Shown here piece by piece: positions 51,501-63,291 of a DNA stretch of 64,000 nt. Location: contig RSEE01000007.1 of the NCBI GenBank assembly GCA_003971905.1, positions 992,001 to 1,056,000 on the forward strand. Reading direction: 5' to 3'. Positions within the stretch are counted from its first letter, which is position 1; each line of letters starts with the position of its first letter. Below the pieces are notes generated by a model, which was given only the letters and a program-made list of their open reading frames with translations, made no database searches and had not been told where the DNA came from. The position numbers and the translations under genes were made by a program. This DNA comes from Moniliella sp. 'wahieum' (Eukaryota).

Positions 51501-54500
51501 CGTACTCCATGTCTGACGTCGGGTTGGCCGCTGTGCCGAACATGGCCGGGAGCAAAGTGCAAGCATGCAAGCGAATGCGCAGGTCCCAATGTAACATCAG
51601 CTCCATCAGCACGAACGATGGGTCGCACTTGGAGATGCATTCCCCCTCGGGTTCCCAGAAATCGTACAGATCCGGCTCGGAGAGGAAGCGATAGAGGAGA
51701 TTGGCAAAGTCGTTGATCACCCACCAGGTTGAGAGCGCGCGTTTATGCGCTTTGCTGAGGAACCACTCTGTCAGCTCGGCCAAATGTCCTGAGTCCAAGG
51801 CGAAGTCCGGATAGCGCAGCCCGAGACGTAGCAGGCATAGTGCCAACTGATCGAGTGGTGCACGACTGTACACATAGTGGGCCAACAGCTTCGTTGTCAC
51901 CAACTTGGTCAGAGCGGCCAAGTCGGCGTCTCCCAGCTCGATGAGCCCATGCTTGTCTGCATCCGCCGCTGCGGGCAGGAGCATGACCACGCGTGACAGT
52001 TCGAAAGAACCATCCTGAAGAAGAAGTAAAGGAGCAGTTGTGTCCCTCCGAGTGGGGTCAGAAGGAGGCTTAAACTTGTATAGTGTGCACAGAGCGGCGA
52101 AGAGCCGGCTCACTAAGCCGTGCCACACCGACCCGTAAAGGATGTTGTCCAATAGAACATGGCCTTGCCCTGCCTGGCCCAGGCCAGGTCGCTCATCATC
52201 AAAATCGGAGAATGGGTCGGGATCGCCAGGGTACGCACTGTGGGCATCATCCCCCCGTTGTGCTTCCATTACAACCACCTTGATGCTTTTGTGCAGTGTC
52301 TGGCGCAGACTCAGTGCAGCAGAAGCCGCGCCCTCCACCTCTAAAGAGCAAGCGAATGCGCCATTGAATAGATGGTTCGGGTCCGGACGCCGTTGTTCTT
52401 TTCTGGTGGCTTCAAGTAAAGTTGGACTGACTTGTGATCGAGATGAGGGTAGGCAATGAGTGGCAAGGGCTGCTCCACCGCTGGAGCGAAAGTCAAACTT
52501 GCCAACGCTGAGAGGATAACTGCCTTGTCCTGGGCTACGCGATCGCCCGATGAGGCCAACGAGACAGTTGACTCGAGGATGCTAAAAGCCAACCGGGTTA
52601 GATCGGGGCCAACCTCAAATCCCTGCTGCCGCGTGACGCCGGCGAATAGAAGACTGAGCACAGCAGCATCAGCACCCCGCTTGAGGTCCTGCACCGTCAA
52701 GGTAGCTGGGCGTACGCTGGAACTCGTCGTTGGAGTGCCGTCCGAAAGGCGCTGTTGTACCCCCTGTAAAGCGCTGGTTAGGCTAGCAATAAGAACATAG
52801 GCAGGATGCTCGGGTTCGAGGGGGGTTGGTTCGCGGATGGGGACGCGGTTGGGTACACTTTCCCTTTCATTGGAGAAGGTTACATCTCCCACGTCAGCAT
52901 AGAGTACGAATTTCAGCGCGCGGAGGTGTTAGCTTTGGAAAGCAAGTGCTCCGTTGCGGCTGTACGGGAAATTACAGGCCTGCTGGGAACGAGGGGTGGA
53001 TCATAGGTCGAACTGAACCCTGAAAGTGCCTTGAGAAGAGCCAACACGTCCACCGCACCGCATTGGACCGCGGCTAGTTCGTACTCGTGTGGCTGCGGGG
53101 AAAGATGCGCAAGAGCAAATGCTGGGACCCAAATCATTTGTGCCACGGTCAGGGCGCTCGTAGTGACCGACGCCTGGGCCCCGGTACGATTGACTCGGAG
53201 AATCTCCAGGGCACGCACAACCAGTTCACAGATGCTTTCGCTTGGCTGGGAGAGCGCCTGGGATGAAAGCGACAACACCATATTGCCCATCTGACTTGGG
53301 AGCAAGACAGGGTCTACCATCCCCTGAGAGAGGAGGGCGTTTGCCAAAGAAGCCGAAGGGCGAGAGAGGTGGGAAGAAGAATGCGCTGCATCGCCACGGG
53401 CCACACTTGCTCCCATACCTTGGCTGCTTGGCTCTGGCCTTCGCGGAACAGAGGGAGAGCGCGCGTGCGGCCGAAGCAAGAGCCAACGTGGCCCAAGACG
53501 CAACTTGCTCATGATGATCATGAACTGCCTCGGACAATTGGTTCAGTACAGCACTTCCTAGACCTAGAACGGTATCAAGGTCGTGCGGATAGCTCTCTAG
53601 CCAGAATGTGATTACTTGCAATACCCAGACCCGTTTCGGGGTCGTCACCGCATCCGCAACTTGGAGTGTCGCGAGAAGGTACGAAATACCGTCGAGCCTC
53701 TTGGGGACGGTCACTGTATCACCTCCACGGATGCGCTTGGTAGGAGGCTCGACCGACTCTGAATGCGAGAGTTGCGAGCCCGGGCTAAGAGACGCGTCAG
53801 TACCTTCAACCGGAACCAAAGGAGGGAAAGGGGGGGGGGGGGGTGCGTACATGGACGGTGCGGAGTCTGGCACGGGGTAGGTGCCATCTCAGCGTGATTG
53901 GCGACGCTTAGTAGATGATGAGTTGTGCTGGCTGCAACCTCCAGGGCGAGCCAGCTGGTAGGGTTTGTGTCCGAGTCAGAAAAGCCAAAGCCGGCAGAGA
54001 AAGAAGCAGAGTAAAAAGGATTGTGCTCCACCTGCATCTGCTCCGGAAGCGGTGTGTATTCAATGCGGGAAGGGGGTAACCAGCCGGCATATCGGGTACC
54101 CTCGTAACGTCCGCCCAAGAGCGATGGACGCTCAGTGGATGGTGTCTTGCGCAGGCTGAGTACGCTCAGTTTTAGTGGCTTCACCCCGTACTGCGCAGCA
54201 CCCTCGTCCACCACAATTCTCTGCAGGTCGGAGAGTTTAGCATGGATCGACGCCCACTCCTTCTTTTCTGGGGATGGGTACGGGTAAATACGGCCATTGC
54301 AGGCCCCGTGGCCAAAAGCGGGACCATGAGATCAAGGCAACGAGCAAATGTTCCTTCAACGCGCTATTTTTGGTGACTACCAATCGCGTTAGGAGGGGGA
54401 TCGCGGTGGCAGCAAACTGGGTCACGGCAAGACGCTCGTTTAGTTGCAAAGCAGTGAGTAGCACGTTGAGCGCGGCAATGACAGGCAGCGTCACAGCCGT

Positions 54501-55326
54501 GTCGGACGGGTTGCGGACGAGGTACGTCAGAAACCTGTCCAGTAATATTGGCCGGCGTAGCGATATTGGTTGTCGACTGTCCCGTCGCTGCTGGGGATAA
54601 AGAAACAAGCACAAGGTGTGTCGAGCACCGCTCGTAGACATTCAAACGCGTCCAACGTTTGTGCTGGAGAAAGCCACGTTTTCCCCTTGATCTCTGGGAA
54701 TTCTCCAACAAAGCGGAGAAGATCGGGGTAGGACGGCTCGAGCTCGGTGCCGACTTTCTTGCCCAGGATCAGGTTCCACAGTAGCCCCACAATATGGATC
54801 CACAGTTCGGGGGGCAGGTGTTCGGCGTGGGGGCGCCAGGTAAGTGTAGTTTTGAGCGCGCGGAGATAGGAGGGCAAGAGTGCTGCGAAGACGTCTCCGC
54901 TATGGCTGCTGAGAGCACGGGTCAGGTGATGGAGGAGAGCGCGAGACGACTGACGACCGAGAAAGGTGACACTGATGTCGACGAGGTGGGAGACGAGGGA
55001 GGCCAAATCCTTGAGCCGGGCCAAGGCCTTGGTGTTGATCGTTTCGGACGAGGAGGGACCGGGGTGGTGGCCCTCGACTTGGTCGTGCGTTTAACCGGCT
55101 TGCTGGCGGCGTCAACCTCGATAGCCAGGGCCTGGTCAAGGGAGCGGTAGATGTGGGTCCAGCTGGCGTCGCCACCCGTCTCAGCGACGCCGTCGAGGAC
55201 GCGCGAGTCACGGAAAAGCTCGCGCATGCGCGGGATGGCAAGGGAGCGAGTGCGGATGGTCTCGCTCGCGAGCTGGCGGAGCGCCGAGCCCACCTCTCTG
55301 TCCAGCTCGCCCACCGTGAGGGCCAT
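45511..55326 (-). CDS. TEL1: ATM/Tel1 PIKK-family DNA-damage kinase (few short introns, e.g. 45531-45586; many frameshifts)
   Basis: TAN-like N-terminus; FAT region; [136 protein letters not shown]. Confidence 0.96.
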
Positions 55327-55551
55327 CGTGGCAGGTGGACGGGTGTGGATGGCGGTGGGTGGATGGGCGGATGGGCGGCACTCTGCTGGCGGTGAGCCGC
55401 AGCGCTGGCCTGGCGTGGCCCCCACCGGGCACGGACATCTGCACATTTCAGATTCCGTGTTGCACCGACCGCGTGCGCGCCACTCGGCCTGGGCTGGGTG
55501 GTGCGCTGCCCCCGGCTCCTACCCACCGCCATCCCATCTCCCAGTCCGGCC

Positions 55552-57310
55552 ATGTCCTCCAACGGCACCATCCGCCTTGGCCTCCAGCGCATCACCGCTC
55601 TCCTAGGCGAACTCGGCAACCCCCACCTCCAGTTTGCTGTGGTGCAAGTCGCCGGCACCAACGGAAAGGGCACCACCGGCGCCTACATCGACCAGCTCCT
55701 CCGCCACGCGCTGGCCCTCGGGCGGGAGGGTGCTCCCCCGACAGTAGGGCGCTTCAACTCGCCCCACCTTGTCGAACCGCGCGACTCGGCGGTCGTGAAT
55801 GGGGTACCGCTGCCCTTGTCTGTGTGGACGGCTGCTGGGGACAAGGTGGCTGAGGCAGCGGCGCGCATCGACGCCAGTCCGTTTGAGCGTCTCTTTGCCC
55901 GGGCCATGCTAAGCTTCTCCCTTCTGCCTTCGGCCTCGAGACCCGACATCCTTGTCCTAGAAGCTGGACTTGGCTTTCAGGAGGATGCAACCAATGTCTT
56001 TCCTCCCTCCCACGTCTTGGCCGGTGTGCTGACGCAGGTCGCACTTGATCATACTGCGCTCCTTGGCGAGACACTCGTGGCCATCACGCGGTCAAGGCCG
56101 ATGTGTTCCCCGCCAACGGACTCGGAATCGTGGTGGACCAACGAAGACTGGGAGAGGGTGAGTATGGCTCGGCGGCATCGGACGAGAGGGCAAAGCACAG
56201 TGCTTCTGCGCTTCCTCCCACGCCGGTTGCTGGAATTGGGGAGCAAGAATTTGCTGTGCTCCAAGCCGCGCGCGAAAAGGCAATGGAGAAACATGCGCGG
56301 CTGGCTCGCGCATTTGTTCCCACCTCTTCTCTGGGAGGGGCCCTTGTTTTTGCTCCCGTCCCCGGGGTGGAGGAATGGGAGGCTCCGTTTGCTCGGGTCG
56401 GGGTCCAGTACAGCCCTACCCTCTTTGCTCTCCGTGGCCTGGCCGGAATGGGGTATGCCGCTCGCAGAGGTGAGGCCTGCACGGACGGCCCTAGCGTGCT
56501 GGTTCCTGCGACCGTTGCTCATGTGGCTGGCGTCACGACGGCACTGCAGACACTGTGGAGCGTAGCGAGGGACGAGCCGGCCTCTGCGGCCTCAGGTGGG
56601 CCCGGGACCGACGACCATGAGCATATCCGCATGCAACTCGCCATGTTTCTGGGTCTTCCCGGAGCGCAGGAGCGGGTGGCACAGGCTGTCAGGTCGGTCA
56701 AGTGGCCCGGTCGGGCGGATTGGATCTCGTTCCCACTTCAGCTTCCGACCGAAGAGCAACGGACGGATGAAAATGAGGAGTCAACCGCGTCTCCCTCCTC
56801 TCTTGCTACGTTGGTGGACGGGGCCCACAACCCTGCTTCGGCTACGGCCTTGCGATCCTACCTCTCTCTTGTCTGGAGCGGACGACGGAGCCAGTGCGGG
56901 TAACGTACATCATGGGCTTTACCGAAGGAAAAGATGTGGCAGGCATGTTTTCCGCACTGTTGGGGCCCACCGACCTGGCTGAGGCCGTGGGAGGAATGAG
57001 CCTGGACGAGAAAGTTGTGCATCAAGTGGCATTTGTTCCCTTTACCCGGCCCGAGGGTATGGATTGGATCCAACCGCTGCCACCAACGGAGGCGCAGGCG
57101 GCTCTCAGCAGGACGCCAGGTGTGGCCCTGGAGAGCGCTACGTTCGCCTCGCTGCTTGAGGCACTGCACTGGGCTGGGAAGGAACATGTCCAGCTCAACG
57201 CTGACGGTGACGCGGTGGGGATCGTGCCCTCGCGCAAACTCGCCGTCGTGTGTGGCTCGCTCTATGTGGTGAGTGACTTGTATCGACTGCTGGGTGTGGA
57301 TGGGCCCTAG
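55552..57310 (+). CDS. Dihydrofolate synthase / folylpolyglutamate synthase (FolC, FOL3-like; frameshifted)
   Basis: IRLGLQRI, VQVAGTNGKGTT, GRFNSPHL, VLEAGLG..EDATNV, VALDHTALLGETL, VKWPGR, VDGAHNPASA, VVCGSLYVVSD. Confidence 0.92.
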
Positions 57311-57736
57311 GCGCTAGGCCACCCGGGCATTCTATTTCCCGCGGTTGGCCGCACACCTGATAGTACTGATACGCCAACCATGCTAGCTTGGCCTCAGGTG
57401 GCCGTGCGCATATTCTCTTTCACTCTCCAATGCGCTGGTCTCACCATGCCGTGTTGAAGGTCAAGTGTGGGGTCTTGTGGCCTGCCGCCCTCACATTGCC
57501 CGTTCAGGCCACGAACCGCGAGCGCAGTTACCCTCTTCTTCATGTTATTCCCCGACAGATGTACACAAAGATGGGTCCAACGCGCATGTATGTGGCGTTG
57601 CGTTCTATGTCCAAACCACATCCATAGCATACGGTTTAGCGATCAACGCATCCATTTGAAATGGGGTTTTGAAGACCTTTAGCAAACAAGCTCAAAACAG
57701 AGTGGCTGGCCAAGGACAAGAGGTACGGGGGGGCAT

Positions 57737-58307
57737 TTAAACCTTCTCGACCTTGAGGCCATCCTTCCAGAAGATGAAGGTGGGCGTAACGCCATCCTCC
57801 TTCCAGCCACCAAGGACAACCATGGCGTCGGGGTTCATCGAGGAGCCGGTGTAGAAGTCGTACTCCTTGAAGTTGCCAATGACCTTCTTGGCGAAGACAG
57901 CAGCACCCTTCTCGAAGGCAGGAACACGCTCAGGGTTGGTCTCCTGGAGCTTGGCCTTGATCTCCTTCATGTAGGCCTTGAGGTAGCCGAGGTAGCCCTT
58001 CTTGTCAAACGAAGTCTGCTGCAGATCGGCAGCGTTGACAACGTTGATCACCGTCTTGGCGCCTTCCTCGAGATCCTCGTCGCCACCCTCAGCGGAAGGG
58101 TTGCCACCGATGTTGACCTCGCCGTCCTTGATGGTGATCTGCTTACCCTCGACAACGTAGACAACGTCGTCGAGCTCCTCCATGGGGTAGGAGTCGGAGA
58201 AGAGCTCGTCGCCGCTGAGAATGTCGGTGAAAATCTGCGAATCACGTGTGTCAGTAGGGACAGGGATGAAAGAGGATGCGAGCAAAGCAAGTGGCTCATA
58301 CCTTCAT
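57737..58307 (-). CDS. TMA19: Translationally controlled tumour protein (TCTP/Tma19); 6-nt first coding exon, intron 58235-58301
   Basis: MK|IFTDILSGDELFSDSY, NIGGNPSAEGG, TSFDKKGYLGYLKAYMK, FYTGSSMNPDAMV, FWKDGLKVEKV; GTATGA donor and CTGAC branch. Confidence 0.97.
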
Positions 58308-58737
58308 GGTGGGGAGGGCCGAGGTGGTGAGAGAGCGAGGCGAGGGGCGCAGAAAATGCGAAAAAAACCGGCGCGCCGTCCCCGCCAAAAAGGCAGCTAG
58401 GCACTGGTCCAGTGTGGCTCCATCCGCATGGCCTGCACTGTGGTGGCGGATCCCGCACACAAGCGCTGTGCGCCAGGGAATGCTTACCTAACATGGCATC
58501 GCCTGTGCAACGCAGCAGGTGTGGCCCTTGAAATGTTCTCGCATTCTCAGATCTGCCTGGCCCACAGAGAGCAGCTAAGCGCTACAGTACCCCCCGCATT
58601 GGCCAGCTGACCATTTCAAGCCGTGCAGAGCGCCACAGCAGATTTGGCTGGGTTTGCTCTGGTGGGCCACCACGAGCGGCTGCCTTCCCTCCGCTTGGGT
58701 TCGTGGGTCTTCTGCCTTGTCCTGTCTTCGGACGCAA

Positions 58738-59235
58738 ATGCCCGCCGCGCCCTGGCTGCGTTCCCTCCCCCGATCCGCCCCTCCCCTCCCGTCTTTCGCC
58801 CACGTGCGCATTCTTCGCACGTCCGCCTCGAGCCTGAGCATGAGCACCCAACCGCCTGCCGCCTACCCTGCGCCCAACGGCGCTGGCCTGGTCCTGCACC
58901 TGTACATCCAACCCAATGCCAGCCGGGACGAGCTGGTGGGCCTGCACGACGGCGAGCTCAAAGTCAGTGTCTCTGCCCCCCCCGTGGACGGTGCGTCGAA
59001 TGCGCGTCTGACCAAGCTTCTCTCCTCCGAGTTTGGCGTGCCCAAATCGGCCATCGTTCTCGAGCGCGGGCATACCTCTCGCCACAAACGCATTTTGGTT
59101 GAGGGTGTGGAGCTGGATCCGCCCTCGTCACTGCCTTTGGTGATCCAGGAGCTGTTGGCGACTCTGCCTCCTCCCGCCGCGCCGGAGCAGAAGACCTCCT
59201 CGAGTAAGAAGAAGAAGGGCAAAACAAGTAATTGA
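58738..59235 (+). CDS. YggU/DUF167 (UPF0235) family protein, intronless; alternative in-frame start at 58840
   Basis: GLVLHLYIQPNASRDELVGLHDGELKVSVSAPPVDGASNARLTKLL...GVPKSAIVLERGHTSRHKRI. Confidence 0.9.
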   Translation: MPAAPWLRSLPRSAPPLPSFAHVRILRTSASSLSMSTQPPAAYPAPNGAGLVLHLYIQPNASRDELVGLHDGELKVSVSAPPVDGASNARLTKLLSSEFGVPKSAIVLERGHTSRHKRILVEGVELDPPSSLPLVIQELLATLPPPAAPEQKTSSSKKKKGKTSN

Positions 59236-59340
59236 AGAGAACAAATCCAGAATTGCTGGAATACAGACCCATGCAGGGTTTACACAGGGCTGCGTCTAAT
59301 CCCAGCGAGAAGTGGTCGGTCGCAGGAGTCGGTCCTTCGA

Positions 59341-59607
59341 GGTTGATGAGACCTGGAGTCTTAATGGTCCTCGAGGGTGATGCAATCGCCCCAGTGGCGG
59401 GGGTGGGGGTGGTCTAAGCCAACCAACAACACCTACAGAGGAACACCAAGCAGCCAGTCGCCACCAGGCGCTAGCCTGCGGAACACGCAAAGCAGAAGCG
59501 AGGAAACAACCCCACCACGGTCCTCCTACTAGCCCTGACGAGGGACTGAAGCTAAGCGACGTTGGCCAAAACCGCGAGCCACTTGCGGTAGCTCAACAGA
59601 GGTGGTG
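59341..59607 (+). repeat. Dispersed repeat family, copy C
   Basis: Shares ordered sequence blocks with 19060-19295 and with the reverse complement of 9591-9960. Confidence 0.85.
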
Positions 59608-60195
59608 CAAACTCCAGCATTCCTTTCTTGTCGCGTAGGCTTGAAACTAGACTGCTTCTCGCCACCCCTGATCGATTATCCCCTCTTCAACCATCGATGC
59701 TCCGTGTCAGGCGCAGTCTAAAGGTTGGCCATTTTGGCGTTTCTCTATACCAGTAATGACACGAACCAAGATGTACCGCTGCACGCCATACGTACGCAAG
59801 TTAGCAATGCAATGAAGGGGCTTGCCCCCAGGCGATGGAGCAAAGCACTGTTGTTCTGTGTACCCCTTTCTATTTCCGGGTTACCAAGTCATCAAATTTG
59901 GGCATCGATGAACAGATCGCAACGAGATGGGGATGGTTGTGGGAAGGCTATGCCGCTCTGTACGCGTAGCATGTGCGAAACTGGAACATAATAGGGAACG
60001 TTTCTACCCATAATGCAGAACGGGGCACTCCTCCAGCGTTTGCTGACAGCCAACACCCCCCTCAATAGAAGGACAATGGATGATGCGTATTGGCGTTACC
60101 AGCATGTCGTGAGCCGTCTGACCCAACCGTTCCCTTCCAATCCAGATCTAGTGCGAATAGAGGCAGAATAATGTGGCGGAAAAGGCTCGAAAAAA

Positions 60196-60285
60196 TGACG
60201 AGAGTGGGATTCGAACCCACGCCCCGGAGGACTGCGGTTAGGAAGGAACCTGAACACAGCGCGTTAACCACTTCGCTATCTCGCC
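60196..60285 (-). tRNA. tRNA-Leu(CAG) with an 11-nt canonical intron (60238-60248)
   Basis: Reverse complement folds as GGCGAGA/TCTCGTC acceptor stem, GCG/CGC D stem, CTGTG/CGCAG anticodon stem with TT-CAG-G loop, extended variable arm, GTGGG-TTCGAAT-CCCAC T arm, A73 discriminator and TTTTTT Pol III terminator. Confidence 0.93.
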
Positions 60286-60805
60286 TGATGACCAACATGT
60301 CGTCACTTTGATCAAGATGATGCATATGAACCGCGTCACTCTTAGCGCTTAGCGCCGTGTTTAACGTTGAACGTTCATTGAACGTTTACGGTTACCGAAG
60401 AAAGGTGTCTGATAGATTGCAACCTGCAACAGGTACTTACCCAGCTGCCACCTTCTTTCTTGTAACGGTCCGAGCGAATGGCTCACATGCCCAGCTGACA
60501 CGGCCCACACGAAATGCATCCATATCCGATCAGAGGAAAGATATATAAAGGTCCCTGTTGCATCGTCCGCACCACACCCGATGGCGAGATGGGAGCATGC
60601 CATTCACAGAAGGGACGATGTGCATGCGACATGACGTTTTGGAAAGACTAACACAACCAGAAGGATCAAGACGGCACCCGACCAAAACAAACCAAGAGGT
60701 GCCTTTCGATAGAGGTGCCTTTCGATGAAGCAATCCGATGAGACTGCGTACTGACGAGCCGATGCACTGGTAGCTCGTCAAGGGAGGACGGAGGCGTACC
60801 GGGGC

Positions 60806-62213
60806 CTAAGGCAAGGCGGCCAAGTAGCGGAGGAGGTCAAGCGCGATCTGCGCACGTCCTGCATCAGGTACAATCCGCCGCACCAGGTCGTGCAGCGCTT
60901 GCCACGTCTCAGCATCGGGGGTGGCGCGGGCAACTGACGAAGGGGGCAATTGGTTGGCGGCTAGCAACGCCGCCAGACCAACTGCAGTCCCTAACCCACC
61001 ACCCCCTGGGATTTGCCCGAGTTGCCCGGGCACAGCTTGGACCGCAGGCATGCCCTGGGGTAAGGATGGCAGCCCAGATCCCAATCCGAGGCCGGGTAGT
61101 GGGAGGAAGATTGTTTGGTGGAGGTGTGGCAAGGGGACCGGGCAGTCCAAGACCGAGGAGCCAAGGCCGCGACCCCCCTGCCGACATACCCTGGGGGGAA
61201 GCCAGTGCTTGCACAAGAGTAGCCAAGGGTCCCTGGTTGGAGGAAGGCACTAAGGGGGTGGCGCGGATCCTTGGCTTGAACCACTAAATTGTGTTCCCAG
61301 AAACGCGGCGCTGGCCAGGGCGGCAAACATGGTATCCCCTCCCTGGGAGAAGTTGGGAGGAAATGAGGGCGGGACCGACTGGCGCGGCCTGGCGGACCAC
61401 AGGTCTTGAAGACTCGGTGGTAATGCACTGGGTCCACCGGTCGTGCTGTCTCGCATGCATTCTCCGCGGGTGGGGAAGATGCAGTGGCCAAAGGGTGGTG
61501 AGTAAGTGGAGAGCGAGATCGGCCACGTTGATCTGCTTCTGCTTCGCGCGGGGTAGGAGGGCCGACTGTGCTGGCCGAGGAGGACGAAGAGGCGAAAGAA
61601 GTGGTGGAGGAAGTACTGTTGGATCGCCCGGTGGCCTCGTTGCGTAAGGACTCGGATCGGGGTCTGCGTACGCCCGATGGCGCGACCCCGCCTGGGCAGC
61701 GACCGCATTCGCATGGTTGGCTTGGTTGAGGAACTTGCGACACCGATTGCGGCACGACAGGGCGGAGCGGCCCAAAGTGGGTCGCAATCTCTTTCCACTT
61801 GTTGCCCACCTCGGCATGAAGAGAGAGCAGTTCCTTGTCCTCCTCGCCACTCCATGGGCGGTCGGTGACACTGAGGACATTGAGGTATCGGGCGGCGCAC
61901 TGGTCGTCGGTGCGGCCGTCCATGTCCTGGGCAATGCGCCACCAGAGCTTGCCGTGCACGGCCATCAGGGCCTGCAAACGAGCATCCTCGTCAGGGCTCC
62001 AAGGGGTGCTGCGCTTAACGGATGGGTCCAGGCTATAAACCAGCGTTTGCGGCAGTTTTTGGCGCTGCGGCCGGGGAGCTGCTCGGCGAGTTCTTGCCAG
62101 CGGCTGCTTTTGCCGCGGGCAGTGCCGTACTGGGCAACGAGCGAACGGAGTTTATTGTCCTCGTCCTTGGACCAGGGAGTGTACTCGTCAAATGCGCGGC
62201 GGGTGGGGGCCAT
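60806..62213 (-). CDS. Myb-family DNA-binding protein with three N-terminal repeats (Bas1-like; frameshifted)
   Basis: PWSKDEDNKL..WQELAEQLPGRSAKNCRKRW; PWSPDEDARL..WWRIAQDMDGRTDDQCAARY; PWSGEEDKEL..GNKWKEIA. Confidence 0.88.
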
Positions 62214-63291
62214 GCTGCATGGGGCTTCGGCTGGAGAGAAAGCGCGAGTGGTAGCGATGGCAGCGGCGGACGCGGAGGTGCGGTGTGGTGGGGCTCGGTT
62301 GCGCACAGTCTCCGATTGGGGGGCCGAGGCGGCTATACCCGAGCGCGGCCTAGAAGAACCCAACGGCGGCAAGGGCGGGGCGGGCACACTGGCGCTGAGC
62401 CCAGCGGTGCCTGTAAACATGCAAACGTCAAGCGCTAATCGGCGCGCTCGGCCTGGCTGATTACCACAATCTCGTAATCAATCGCTATACCCGCGGCCCG
62501 GCTGGGAGCGCAGCTCAGACTGGTGCTGTGCGGCTGCGGTTGCTGGGGCAGGTGTTCACCATTTCAGCACCGCAGTGCGGCCGCATAACTGGTCCACCTG
62601 GTCTGCGTCCCAGACGGTCTACCGACGACTGCTGCGCAAGCCTGGCAACCCTAGCCCCCCCCCGCACCCGGCCATCTCCGAACTCCGAGACTGTTCCGCC
62701 CCCCCATTGCTCAGGCACTTCCTGGGGCTGCTCATGCTCATGTGGGCAGTGGGCTCTTCGGGGTTCCACGTCCTGCTGGCACCATTCCGCGTTCCACGTT
62801 CACAAGCCCATAATACTGGTGGCCCTGATATCGGATGTAAACGTTAAACCAGCGTGTATACGCCGGCCGGGAGATCACACATTATCAGCGTACGCGTTAT
62901 CCAGTAACTAGTAACCGGGCAAGCCAAACGCCAAGCCTCAAGCCCTCGGGCGCCAGGATGATGTGGGGGTTGCGGATTGGTGCGGAAGATCAACACTTGC
63001 ACCGACCATGCCCTCCGGTGGCTGGCATTGCCCAGCACACCTCGGGGCGCGTTGGGAAAAGGACAGAGGCACGGGGCCAGTGTGCACGGCTTATGTCAGC
63101 AGGGTGCCTGCATGGCGTCAGTGCCCAGGCGCGGCGCGTCTGATTTTTTCTTTTGCGCATGCCGACGGGGAGGGCAAGTGGGGCGGGGACTGGGTGGCTG
63201 ACGCCTGGGCCAGGCCGACGCAGCTGGCCTTCCTTTCACCACCATCGCTCCCCTTTGTGCAGTGCCCGTGTCTGCATCGCTGTCCACCACC

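Noticed and set aside
60196..60285. CAG-anticodon tRNA as a sign of CUG codon reassignment (Ser or Ala)
   Set aside because: U33, G37, the A73 discriminator and overall likeness to standard eukaryotic tRNA-Leu(CAG) indicate leucine identity; CTG codons also fall at conserved Leu positions in the genes here.
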